From: an uncultured Acidimicrobiales bacterium
GTDB lineage: Bacteria > Actinomycetota > Acidimicrobiia > Acidimicrobiales > Aldehydirespiratoraceae
Assembly (NCBI GenBank): GCA_905480195.1
Contig: CAJQPN010000044.1
Location: 12,162 to 76,161, forward strand
DNA: 64,000 bases
Reading direction: 5' to 3'
The position numbers and the translations under genes were made by a program. Below the pieces are notes generated by a model. That model worked only from the letters and a program-made list of their open reading frames with translations, was not told where the DNA came from and made no database searches. Shown piece by piece: positions 1 to 9,029 of this stretch. Position 1 is the stretch's first letter. Every line of letters starts with the position of its first letter.

Positions 1-2
1 TG

Positions 3-1097
3 GTGCTCGCAACCACCTCCCCCGCAGCGTTCGTGACCCCGTTCGCGAGACGTCTCGGCTTCGACCACGTCGTCGCCACCCGATGGGCCGACGACGGTAC
101 GCACTACACGGGTGAACTCGACGGTGAGTTCCTCTGGAACCGCGCAAAGCGAGACGCCGTCGTCCGACTCGCCGCAACCGAGAACATCAGCCTCCCGAGG
201 AGCTATGCCTACTCCGACTCCACGTTCGACGTTCCTCTCCTCAAGGCGGTCGGCAAGCCCGTTGCGGTCAACCCGGATCCCCAACTAACTGCGATCGCCA
301 GGCTGAATGGCTGGCCGATCCGCCACCTCGACGTTTCCCCCGGCGTCGTAAAGGTGGCAGGTCGGGAACTCCAGGAGTGGATCCGACCCTTCAACCGGCC
401 TGAACTCGTCCCCAACGCGCGCTTCGATTTCTCCGGGGTTGACAACATTCCGCGAAAGGGTGCTGCCATCCTCGTGTTCAACCACCGTTCGTACTTCGAT
501 TCGACGGCGGTAACACTGCTGACCGGGCAGGCCGAACGCGCAGCTCGGTTTCTCGGCAAAAAAGAGGTCTTCGACGTGCCGATCATCGGTCGGCTCGGGG
601 CGCTCTTTGGTGGCATCCGCGTCGATCGTGGTACCGGCTCGACCGAGCCGCTCGACAAAGCGATCGAGGCGCTCGAAGGCGGGGAGATGGTAGCGATGGC
701 GCCGCAGGGCACCATCCCGCGCGGTCCTGCGTTCTTCGAACCGGTCCTGAAGGCCCGCTGGGGTGCTGCTCGTCTGGCCCACGCCACGAGGGCCCCCGTC
801 ATCCCGGTCGGTTTGTGGGGGACCGAGAAGGTCTGGCCCCGAAGCGCCCGCCTACCAAACCTCGACGTTAGCGACCCGCCCACCGTCACTGTCACCGTCG
901 GAGCGCCGGTGAAGCTGTTCTACCGAAGCCTCCAGAACGACACCGAGCGAATCATGAGCGCGATCGTCGATCTACTCCCCAGTGAGGCTCGCGAGCACCG
1001 CACGCCCACCGAAGAGGAACTCGTGCGCACCTATCCGCCGGGCTACACCGGTGACCCGGCTGCCGAAGCTGACCGACGCCCGGGGAGCGACACATGA
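3..1097 (+). CDS. HAD-IB phosphatase-like / lysophospholipid acyltransferase fusion (5' partial)
   Basis: HAD-IB C-terminal motifs (AYSDSTFDVPLL, AVNPD) followed by LPLAT motifs NHRSYFD and PQGT; runs off the window start. Confidence 0.85.
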   Translation: MLATTSPAAFVTPFARRLGFDHVVATRWADDGTHYTGELDGEFLWNRAKRDAVVRLAATENISLPRSYAYSDSTFDVPLLKAVGKPVAVNPDPQLTAIARLNGWPIRHLDVSPGVVKVAGRELQEWIRPFNRPELVPNARFDFSGVDNIPRKGAAILVFNHRSYFDSTAVTLLTGQAERAARFLGKKEVFDVPIIGRLGALFGGIRVDRGTGSTEPLDKAIEALEGGEMVAMAPQGTIPRGPAFFEPVLKARWGAARLAHATRAPVIPVGLWGTEKVWPRSARLPNLDVSDPPTVTVTVGAPVKLFYRSLQNDTERIMSAIVDLLPSEAREHRTPTEEELVRTYPPGYTGDPAAEADRRPGSDT

Positions 1098-2569
1098 CTG
1101 CCACTCGCGAACGCGAACTGCGCTTCGACGCCAAGATGTCCGATGCCGAGGCGCTGATGTGGACGATCGAGAAAGATCCCTGGCTAAACCCTTCGGGTGC
1201 GATGGTGTCGGTTCTCAATCAGCCGCTGAACTTCGAAGCCTTCCGGATCCGGATCAACAACGCAGTCGCGGTGATTCCGCGACTGCGCGAACGCGTCGTG
1301 CCCGGGTTCGGTCGGCTCGCGCCACCCACGTGGCAGCCCGATGCCGAGTTGGATCTCGACTACCACATCCGCCACGTCAGCCTCCCCGCCCCGGGCAGCG
1401 AACGCCAGCTCTACGACCTCTGCACCCGGCTTTACGAAGACCCGTACGACCGCACCCGTCCGCTCTGGATGTTCGTCGTGATCGACGGACTCGAGGGCGG
1501 TAGGGGCGCGTTGTTCTCGAAGATGCACCACACCGTCACCGACGGTGTGGGAGCCCTCCGGCTGTCGGAGAAGTACCTCGAACTCACCGCCGACGAGCCG
1601 GCTCCCGCCGAGGTCGACCTCGAAGCGGTTATCGCCGAATCGCTCGCTGCCAACAACAGCGCCACGTCGCCGGAATCCGCCATACCAGGCGAGAAGCTCC
1701 TGCGGAGTCTCGAACATGTCGTGAAGCGACAAGCGGGCATCGCCAAGCGAGCTGTCGGCGAAGTCGCAACCTGGGCTGGAGATCCCCAGCAGGTGCGCGA
1801 CCTCGCCGAAGAGGCCGTTGCGTCTGCGCGCTCCACTGCGTCGCAGCTCAGCCCGGATGGTGACGGTGAGCCGATCGGCTCGCCGTTGTGGACGAATCGT
1901 TCACGCCGTCGCCATCTCGAGTCGATCACAATCCCACTTGACGACGTGAAGGCCACCGGCAAGGCGCTGGGCGGTTCTATCAACGACGTCTTCGTCGCTG
2001 GCGTCACGATGGGCGCGATCGACTACCACGCCAAGCGAAACGTCGAACTTCGCGGTCTCAATGCCAGCTTCGTGGTCAGCACGCGCCAGGACGCAGCGAT
2101 TGGTGGGAACTCGTTCTCTCCCGCATTGGTAACCATGCCCGGCGTCTACCGCAGCCCGAAGAAGTTCCTGGGTGAGGTCCGCAACCGGATGGCCGAGCGC
2201 CGTGAGGGCGCAGGACACGGTGGTGGCGCCATGGATACGCTGGCTGGCCTCGCCAACCTGATGCCGACGTCGGTGCTCACCCAGGTTGCCCGTTCGCAGG
2301 CGGCGCGGCTCGACTTCGCCACCTCGAACCTCCGTGGTGCGCCGATCCCGGTGTACATGAGTGGGGCGCGCGTCGAGAAGATGGTGTTGATGGGACCAGT
2401 CGCTGGTACGCCGATGAACATCACCACGATGTCGTATGCAGGCGACTTCGTTATCGGGCTGCTCGTCGACCCGATCGCCGTCGACGATCCCGCCGACCTG
2501 CGCGAATGCCTCGAGTCCGCCTTCCGACGACTCCTCGACGCCGCCGCAACGCGCCCAACCGAGGGCTGA
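1094..2569 (+). CDS. wax ester synthase / diacylglycerol acyltransferase (WS/DGAT)
   Basis: HHxxxDG catalytic motif (MHHTVTDG), RPLW motif, C-terminal SNLRG and ITTMSY; ATGA overlap with the upstream gene. Confidence 0.92.
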   Translation: MTATRERELRFDAKMSDAEALMWTIEKDPWLNPSGAMVSVLNQPLNFEAFRIRINNAVAVIPRLRERVVPGFGRLAPPTWQPDAELDLDYHIRHVSLPAPGSERQLYDLCTRLYEDPYDRTRPLWMFVVIDGLEGGRGALFSKMHHTVTDGVGALRLSEKYLELTADEPAPAEVDLEAVIAESLAANNSATSPESAIPGEKLLRSLEHVVKRQAGIAKRAVGEVATWAGDPQQVRDLAEEAVASARSTASQLSPDGDGEPIGSPLWTNRSRRRHLESITIPLDDVKATGKALGGSINDVFVAGVTMGAIDYHAKRNVELRGLNASFVVSTRQDAAIGGNSFSPALVTMPGVYRSPKKFLGEVRNRMAERREGAGHGGGAMDTLAGLANLMPTSVLTQVARSQAARLDFATSNLRGAPIPVYMSGARVEKMVLMGPVAGTPMNITTMSYAGDFVIGLLVDPIAVDDPADLRECLESAFRRLLDAAATRPTEG

Positions 2570-2666
2570 GGCAACACGACAGCATCGACACGGTGCTGCT
2601 CTCCACAGAACCGTTTGCGCCGCGCCACCCGGTTCGGGCATGGAGCGGCAAGGCGCCGAGCGGCGT

Positions 2667-3461
2667 CTACTTCTCGCAGGAATCTTGAGCAGGCGCGCTC
2701 GGTGCGTGGCTCGGAATCACGGCAGGATGTCGTTCAGGCATGATGGCGGCGGTGGCCTTGTCATCTTCGCCGGCGTAGGTGTGCACATACTGCTGGCCGG
2801 TCATTTCGGCGATCTCGAACATGACCGCATCGATCATCTTGCGGGCGAGGCGGGGATCGTTCGGATCACCGAACGCGCTGGCATGGATCGGCTTTGCGAA
2901 CGAGACCGTGACGTCCTTGAACGGTCGGAGTGCAACCGAGCCCACCGGTTGTACGTCGAGCGTGCCGACGATACCGACGGGAATGATTGGTGCCCCCGTG
3001 CGCTGTGCCAGACGAGCAGCGCCCGTTCGCCCCTTGTGCAGCTTCTGATCGCGAGATCGGGTGCCCTCTGGGTAGATCATGAAGAGTTTTCCCGCATCGA
3101 GTACTCGGGCAGCAGCGTCCAGCGCCTTCTGTGCCGCATCGCCACCCGAACGGTCGACAGAGATCATCCCCATCGCAGGGAAAAGGTGCTTGGTCTTCCA
3201 GTCGTCGAGATATTCACCCTTGCCGATCGCCCAGGTCCGGCGGGGCAGTGAGGCAGGGAGGAAGACCGAGTCGCAGAACGACAGATGGTTCGCGCACAGG
3301 ATCGCCGGGCCGTGAAGGGGCACGTGTACCGCGCCGGTGACCTGGAGGTTCCACAGCGCGTGGAGGCTCCGGTTGATCACCCAAAGCAGGGGGCGGGCAA
3401 TCCGATCCGACCCAGGGAGATCCGGCGCAGATTCGAACCGGTACTCGGGTCGGGACCGCAT
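2667..3461 (-). CDS. 1-acyl-sn-glycerol-3-phosphate acyltransferase (PlsC-like)
   Basis: NHLSFCD and YPEGTRS motifs; start set at ATG 3461 (ORF extends to 3503). Confidence 0.88.
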   Translation of the reverse strand: MRSRPEYRFESAPDLPGSDRIARPLLWVINRSLHALWNLQVTGAVHVPLHGPAILCANHLSFCDSVFLPASLPRRTWAIGKGEYLDDWKTKHLFPAMGMISVDRSGGDAAQKALDAAARVLDAGKLFMIYPEGTRSRDQKLHKGRTGAARLAQRTGAPIIPVGIVGTLDVQPVGSVALRPFKDVTVSFAKPIHASAFGDPNDPRLARKMIDAVMFEIAEMTGQQYVHTYAGEDDKATAAIMPERHPAVIPSHAPSAPAQDSCEK

Positions 3462-3569
3462 CAGCGGGCGAGCCCCTCGCTCATGCGCCGCGCTGCTCGT
3501 CAATCACGATCGCAGTATCCCACACGCGACCTGCTGCTGTGCCACTGACCGGCGTGTCGAACGACGCAG

Positions 3570-4481
3570 TTGGCTCGCGGCATTCACGGGATCGGCGTGG
3601 GCCGTGGAGCAACGGTCGGAATTCTCTGTCGCATTGGCATTGGGTTCGTGGTGGCCGTCGTAGCGAGCGCCAAAGCGGGGTTGACGCTGGGTCGATCCCT
3701 CGTTGCCAAAGATCGTTGCATTGGTGCTCATGACCTTCGGCACCACCGGCACACCGAAGGGTGCCCGGCGCAGTGTGCACGGGGCCTCGGCTGGTGCCAC
3801 CGTCGGCATGCTTGGACAGATTCCGTGCCGCAGCGCCGATGTCTTTGTGATTCCAGCCCCACTGTTCCATGCGTGGGGATTCGCGAACCTCACACTGGCG
3901 TTTGCCCTCGGCGCGACCATGGTGGCGATCGATCGTTTCACCCCTGAAGGTGTCGTCGACGCGGTCGCCGAACATGACGTCACCGTGTTGGTGGCGGCAC
4001 CGATGATGCTCAAACGAATGCTGATCGAACCCGATCTTGATCGCGATCCGCTCCGCCGACTCCGGATCACCGGCTCGTCGGGCTCGGCCCTGTCTGCGGC
4101 GCTTGCAACAGAGGGGATGGATCGCGCTGGCGACAACCTCTACAACCTGTGCGGCTCGACCGAGGTCGGATCGGCCACGATCGCCACACCCGGCGCGCTG
4201 CGCCGGGAACCGCCGGTGCGATGGCCACGGGTGACGTCGGCCATTCCGATACCGAAGGTCGCCTCTTCGTTTCGGGTCGCGTCGAGGACATGATCATCAG
4301 GGGCGGCGAGAACGTGTTCCCAGGGCCGGTAGAGGAAGTGCTTCTGGCGCAAGCCGGCGTGATCGACGTCGCAGTCGTGGGAGTCGACGATGACGAGTTC
4401 GGGCACTGTTTTGTCGCGTACGTCTGTGTCACCGACCGTGTGGCGACGTCGGAGCAGCCGGCGGACGGAAGTGGGTGTTGA
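3570..4481 (+). pseudogene. fragmented acyl-CoA synthetase (AMP-binding enzyme) relic
   Basis: ANL motifs spread over three ORF segments with frame changes: GVGRGATVGILCR (3570), TFGTTGTPKG..PLFHAWG..CGSTE (3703), TGDVG..GRVEDMIIRGGENVFP (4149); only ~0.9 kb in total. Confidence 0.8.
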
Positions 4482-4636
4482 ACGCGCTCCCCGGGCGCGT
4501 CTAACGCTCAACGGAGTCTTCTCGCGACCGACGAGTTCTGGTTGGTCGCCCGAGCGCAGCGTTTGCGAAAAAGCGAGTCATAACCAAGGCTTGACCGCTG
4601 AGGGGTTTGCAACGCTGGAGAGTTAGCCAATGGCTG

Positions 4637-4660
4637 AACTGATCAAGGCCTTGACCAGTT
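4637..4660. promoter_or_regulatory. 24-bp near-perfect palindrome, candidate operator of the ligase-ABC operon
   Basis: AACTGATCAAGG|CCTTGACCAGTT, one mismatched pair, 55 bp upstream of the 4716 start. Confidence 0.5.
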
Positions 4661-4715
4661 TCGGTACGAAACGTAGATTGCGCAACGCCTGACGAACGAC
4701 CGGGGGGATCTACGT

Positions 4716-6584
4716 ATGGCAGCAACGATTGAGGAGACGACGTCGACGTCTGCTGGGACCACCACCGTCGCCTCGCTCGCCAAAGACTGGGCGATGCGGG
4801 CACCAGGTCAGATCGCGATGCGCGAGAAGGACTTCGGCATTTGGAAGGAATACAACTGGGCCCAGACGTGGGATCTCATCGAGACTGCCGCCCACGGTCT
4901 GCTTGCGAGTGGAGTCGGTGTCGGTGACCGCGTCGTTATCCACTCCGAAGACCGGCCGGAATGGGTAATCCTCGATCTCGCTGCCGTCGCTGTGCGCGGT
5001 ATCTGCGTCGGTCTCTACCCCACGAACCCCGCTGCCGAAGTCGAGTACCTCGTCGGTGACTGCACGCCCAAAGTCTTCTTCGCCGAAGATCAGGAGCAGG
5101 CAGACAAGCTCCTTGCGATCGACCCGCAGGTCGCCACCAACGTCGAACGGATCATCTACGTCGAGCCCCGCGGCTTCGGCGACTACACCGACGATCGCCT
5201 GATCTTCTGGGATGACTTCCTCGAACTCGGGCGGCAGCATCGTGAGGCCAACCCCCGCGCACTCGAGGCCCTCATGGCTGCGGCTGAGCCAACCGACATC
5301 ATGACGCTCGTGTACACCTCGGGTACGACCGGCCCGCCGAAGGGGGCGATGCTGTCGAACGCAAACGCCGAGTACGCCATGAACAAGATCATCATGAACG
5401 CCACTCGGTCCCCTGACGGCAAGGAACCGAACCCAAGCGACCTCATCGTCACTTATCTGCCGCTGTGCCACGTCGCCGAGCGAATTTTTTCGACCTGGAC
5501 CCTCTGTATTGCGGGTCCATCTCTGAACTTCGCCGAATCGATTGACACTGTCACCCTCAACCTGCGAGAGGTGCAGCCCACCATCTTCTTCGCCGTGCCC
5601 CGCATCTGGGAGCGGCTCCATGCGGCGGTCTTTATCCGCGGCAACGACGCCTCCTGGTTTAAGAAGCTCTGGTTTAAGGCTGGCCTGAGCCTTGCATCGA
5701 TCATCGGCAAAGAGAAGGTTGCGAACGGCGGAAACCACACCAGCAAGAGCCGTGTCCTCGCTGCGATCGGCTGGCTCTTCGCCTTCCGAGCGATCCGCGA
5801 ACGTCTCGGCCTACGACGGGTCCGGTACGCAGCCTCCGGTGCAGCCGCCATTGCGCCTGAGGTCCTCGAGTTCTTCATGGGGATCGGTGTGCCGGTGTTC
5901 GAGCTCTATGGCATGACGGAGAACGCCGCCGTGGCAACGTGCAACTTCGCTGGACGGATCAAGCTCGGGACCGTCGGCGAACCGTATGCCGACATTGAAC
6001 TCCGACTCGACCCCGAGACTGGTGAGGTCCAGACGAAGCACCCCGGCAACTTCGTTGGGTACTGGAACAAGCCCGATCAAACGGCGGAGACCTTCACCGC
6101 CGACGGATTCCTCATGACCGGCGACGTCGGCGAGTGGGTCGATGGCACCCATCTCAAGATCGTTGACCGCATCAAGCACATCATCATCACCTCGGGTGGC
6201 AAGAACATCTCACCGTCCGAGATCGAGAACTCGCTCAAGACGTCTATGTACGTCAAGGAGGCGATGGTGATCGGTGATGGCCGCAAGTTCCTCTCTGCGC
6301 TCATCGGCATAGAGATGGAGACGGTGGGCGACTGGGCCCTCCGCAAAAACATCCCCTACACGACCTACCGCGACCTCTCGGAGAAGCCCGAAGTCATCGA
6401 GTTGATCCAAGAGGTGGTCACCTTGACCAACGAGAAGTTCGCTCGGGTTGAGAACGTCCGAAAGTTTCGGATGATCCCCAAGGAACTCGACCACGAGGAT
6501 GGTGAGTTGACTGCGACGCAGAAGCTCAAGCGCAGCGCAATGGACGATATGTTCGGTGACCTGATCGAAAGTATGTACCAGTGA
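4716..6584 (+). CDS. long-chain fatty acid--CoA ligase (FadD15-like AMP-dependent synthetase)
   Basis: YTSGTTGPPKG, YLPLCHVAER, YGMTE, TGDVG, DRIKHIIITSGGKNISP, ELTATQKLKR. Confidence 0.92.
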   Translation: MAATIEETTSTSAGTTTVASLAKDWAMRAPGQIAMREKDFGIWKEYNWAQTWDLIETAAHGLLASGVGVGDRVVIHSEDRPEWVILDLAAVAVRGICVGLYPTNPAAEVEYLVGDCTPKVFFAEDQEQADKLLAIDPQVATNVERIIYVEPRGFGDYTDDRLIFWDDFLELGRQHREANPRALEALMAAAEPTDIMTLVYTSGTTGPPKGAMLSNANAEYAMNKIIMNATRSPDGKEPNPSDLIVTYLPLCHVAERIFSTWTLCIAGPSLNFAESIDTVTLNLREVQPTIFFAVPRIWERLHAAVFIRGNDASWFKKLWFKAGLSLASIIGKEKVANGGNHTSKSRVLAAIGWLFAFRAIRERLGLRRVRYAASGAAAIAPEVLEFFMGIGVPVFELYGMTENAAVATCNFAGRIKLGTVGEPYADIELRLDPETGEVQTKHPGNFVGYWNKPDQTAETFTADGFLMTGDVGEWVDGTHLKIVDRIKHIIITSGGKNISPSEIENSLKTSMYVKEAMVIGDGRKFLSALIGIEMETVGDWALRKNIPYTTYRDLSEKPEVIELIQEVVTLTNEKFARVENVRKFRMIPKELDHEDGELTATQKLKRSAMDDMFGDLIESMYQ

Positions 6585-7588
6585 TCAACGCATTCCTTCA
6601 GCTTGCGCAGGTGGGAACTGGCGCGACCTTGGTCCAGACGCTGCTGAAATCCTTCGCACTCGGCTCGGTCTACGTCCTGATTGCGCTCGGCTTCGTCATC
6701 ATTTTCAAGGCAACCCAGGTGCTGAACTTTGCTGCCGGTGCGCTCTCGATGGCTGGCGCCATGTTCATGACCATCCTCATCTCCGATGGTGGTCTCCCAC
6801 TGTTGCCATTCGGCAACCCGTTGGCCCCGGCCGAAGGCGAGACGGCGAGTGTTGTGCTGTTCTTCGTCAATGTGCTGATTGCACTGGCGCTGGCAGCGCT
6901 CCTGGGTCTGGTCATCGAACGACTTGCAATCCGCCCGATGGTGGGGCAGCCGCTGTTCGCAATGGCGGTCATTACCCTCGGCATCGAGATCGCAATCCGC
7001 CCGTTCAACCTTGACGCAACCGCCCTCGAAGGCCGCCGGCTCGGAGTCCCGTGGGGTGCCAGTTCGTGGAACTGGGGTGATGCCGTCGTGCCGAAGTCGT
7101 ACATCGTTGCGGTGATCATCGCTGCGATCGCCGGCGCCGGAGTACTGCTCTTCTTCCGCACGAAGCTTGGGGTCGCCATGCGAGCGGTTGCCTTCGATCA
7201 GGAAGCGGCAATGGCGCAGGGAATCAACGTCGGTCGCGTGTTCGCCATCGCCTGGGCGATGGGTACCGCCCTTGCTGCGCTCGGTGCCATCGTCTACGGC
7301 ATGGCACCCTTCCCGCCGGGCGGGTCGGTCAGCCAGGAAATCCACCCGCTGCTCGCCTTGCGGGTACTGCCGGTCATCGTGCTTGGTGGCCTCGACTCGG
7401 TAGCGGGTGCGATCTACGGCGGGCTGATCATCGCCACCGCCGAGGTCTTCGCCGGTCAATACCTATCGCAGTGGAATTCGACGCTCGGCTCGGGTTACTC
7501 GACCATCGTCCCCTACCTGGTGATGCTCTTCATGCTCCTTGTGAAGCCCTACGGCCTGTTCGGTACTCCTGAGATCCGGAGGGTCTGA
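6581..7588 (+). CDS. HAAT/Liv-family ABC permease (LivH-like)
   Basis: ALGFVIIFKATQVLNFA, LGVAMRAVAFDQEAA, LGGLDS; hydrophobic. Confidence 0.92.
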   Translation: MINAFLQLAQVGTGATLVQTLLKSFALGSVYVLIALGFVIIFKATQVLNFAAGALSMAGAMFMTILISDGGLPLLPFGNPLAPAEGETASVVLFFVNVLIALALAALLGLVIERLAIRPMVGQPLFAMAVITLGIEIAIRPFNLDATALEGRRLGVPWGASSWNWGDAVVPKSYIVAVIIAAIAGAGVLLFFRTKLGVAMRAVAFDQEAAMAQGINVGRVFAIAWAMGTALAALGAIVYGMAPFPPGGSVSQEIHPLLALRVLPVIVLGGLDSVAGAIYGGLIIATAEVFAGQYLSQWNSTLGSGYSTIVPYLVMLFMLLVKPYGLFGTPEIRRV

Positions 7589-7589
7589 C

Positions 7590-8897
7590 ATGGCGTTCAA
7601 CCGACCGCTGCTGCGGACCTCGTACGAACAAGACGCAGCGATCTTTCCGACCTATACCCAAAAGGGCGCGATGGTCGCGTTCGGTGTCTTTCTTGTACTG
7701 ATGGGACTGGGGGCGCCGTACATCAGTGCGATCCCCGAGTTCTTCCTCGGGCCGACCTGGATCAATCCGATCACCAACATGTTGCCTCTCGCCATTTCGG
7801 CGCTCGGCATCAACATCCTCGTCGGGGTCACCGGTCAGGTATCGCTCGGCCATGCGTTCTTCATGGGCGTCGGTGCGTACACGGCGGTTGCGCTGGGCGG
7901 CAGCGGCGACGAATGGCAGGCATGTGTGCCGTTCCATGAGGAGATCGGTCTGCTCGAGGAGCGCGGTCAGTGTGGTCTTGGTCTCCCGATCTGGGTGTGG
8001 CTGCCGTTCTCCGGCGCCGTCGCCGCAGCGTTCGGAATCTTTGTGTCGCCGGCTGCGATGAAGGTTCGGGGCTTGTATCTCGCGATCGTCACTGTCGGTC
8101 TGGTGTTTATCGGACTGCATCTCGGTCGGATGTTCCCGGAGTACGCCGGTGACTTCGAGTCGGGCCGCAAGTGGCCGAGCCTCGACTTCAGGCTCTGGAA
8201 GGAAGAGACGCCGCTCATCGAGTTCAGCGAGGACGGCAAGTGGTTCGGCCTGATCCATCTCAGCGAAGAACAAAAGCAGTACTTCCTGCTCATGGCGCTG
8301 CTGGGTGGCTTCATCATCTTGGCCAAGAATCTCGTTCGCAGCCGCACCGGCCGCGCCCTTCAAGCGATCCGTGATCGCGACATCGCTGCAGAGGTCATGG
8401 GTGTTCCCGAGTTCGAGTACAAGCGGCTCGGCTTTGCTATCAGCTCGTTCTACGCAGGCATCGGTGGTGCACTCTGGGGCTCATACCTCGGTCGGCGTTC
8501 CCCGGTTGACTGGTCGTTGTTCCTGTCGGTTGATTTCATTGCCATCCTGCTGATCGGTGGCGCCGGGACCATCGCTGGCACGATGCTCGGTGCCGTGTTC
8601 GTGGAACTCACTCCGGAGATCGTGAAGCACCGCACCGACTGGTTGGCCGAACAGATCGACGCAAGCAACATCTTCACGCCGGTCGCGAACTTCTTGCTCA
8701 CCACGGGTGAGAGCGGAGACTTCGGACCGATCAACATCGGCACTGTGGCTCCTGGCTGGACGATGAGCGTGTTCCAGTGGAACTTCGTCATCTACGGCGT
8801 CCTGATCGTCATCTTCTTGATCTTCGAGCCTCTCGGCTTGTTCGGCATCTGGATCAAGATCCGCAACTACTGGAAACGGTGGCCGTTCAGCTATTAG
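7590..8897 (+). CDS. HAAT/Liv-family ABC permease (LivM-like)
   Basis: GQVSLGHAFFMGVGAY, GRALQAIRDRDIAA, FEPLGL. Confidence 0.92.
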   Translation: MAFNRPLLRTSYEQDAAIFPTYTQKGAMVAFGVFLVLMGLGAPYISAIPEFFLGPTWINPITNMLPLAISALGINILVGVTGQVSLGHAFFMGVGAYTAVALGGSGDEWQACVPFHEEIGLLEERGQCGLGLPIWVWLPFSGAVAAAFGIFVSPAAMKVRGLYLAIVTVGLVFIGLHLGRMFPEYAGDFESGRKWPSLDFRLWKEETPLIEFSEDGKWFGLIHLSEEQKQYFLLMALLGGFIILAKNLVRSRTGRALQAIRDRDIAAEVMGVPEFEYKRLGFAISSFYAGIGGALWGSYLGRRSPVDWSLFLSVDFIAILLIGGAGTIAGTMLGAVFVELTPEIVKHRTDWLAEQIDASNIFTPVANFLLTTGESGDFGPINIGTVAPGWTMSVFQWNFVIYGVLIVIFLIFEPLGLFGIWIKIRNYWKRWPFSY

Positions 8898-9029
8898 CGG
8901 CCTCATCGGCAAGACTCACTCATACGACACAGGCTTCCGGTCTGCGTCGAACACAGATCTGACGGGGTTCGCCTCGCAGAACGCTCGGCCGCCCGCCGAG
9001 CGGGCACATAACCATGGAGGGATCCAAAC

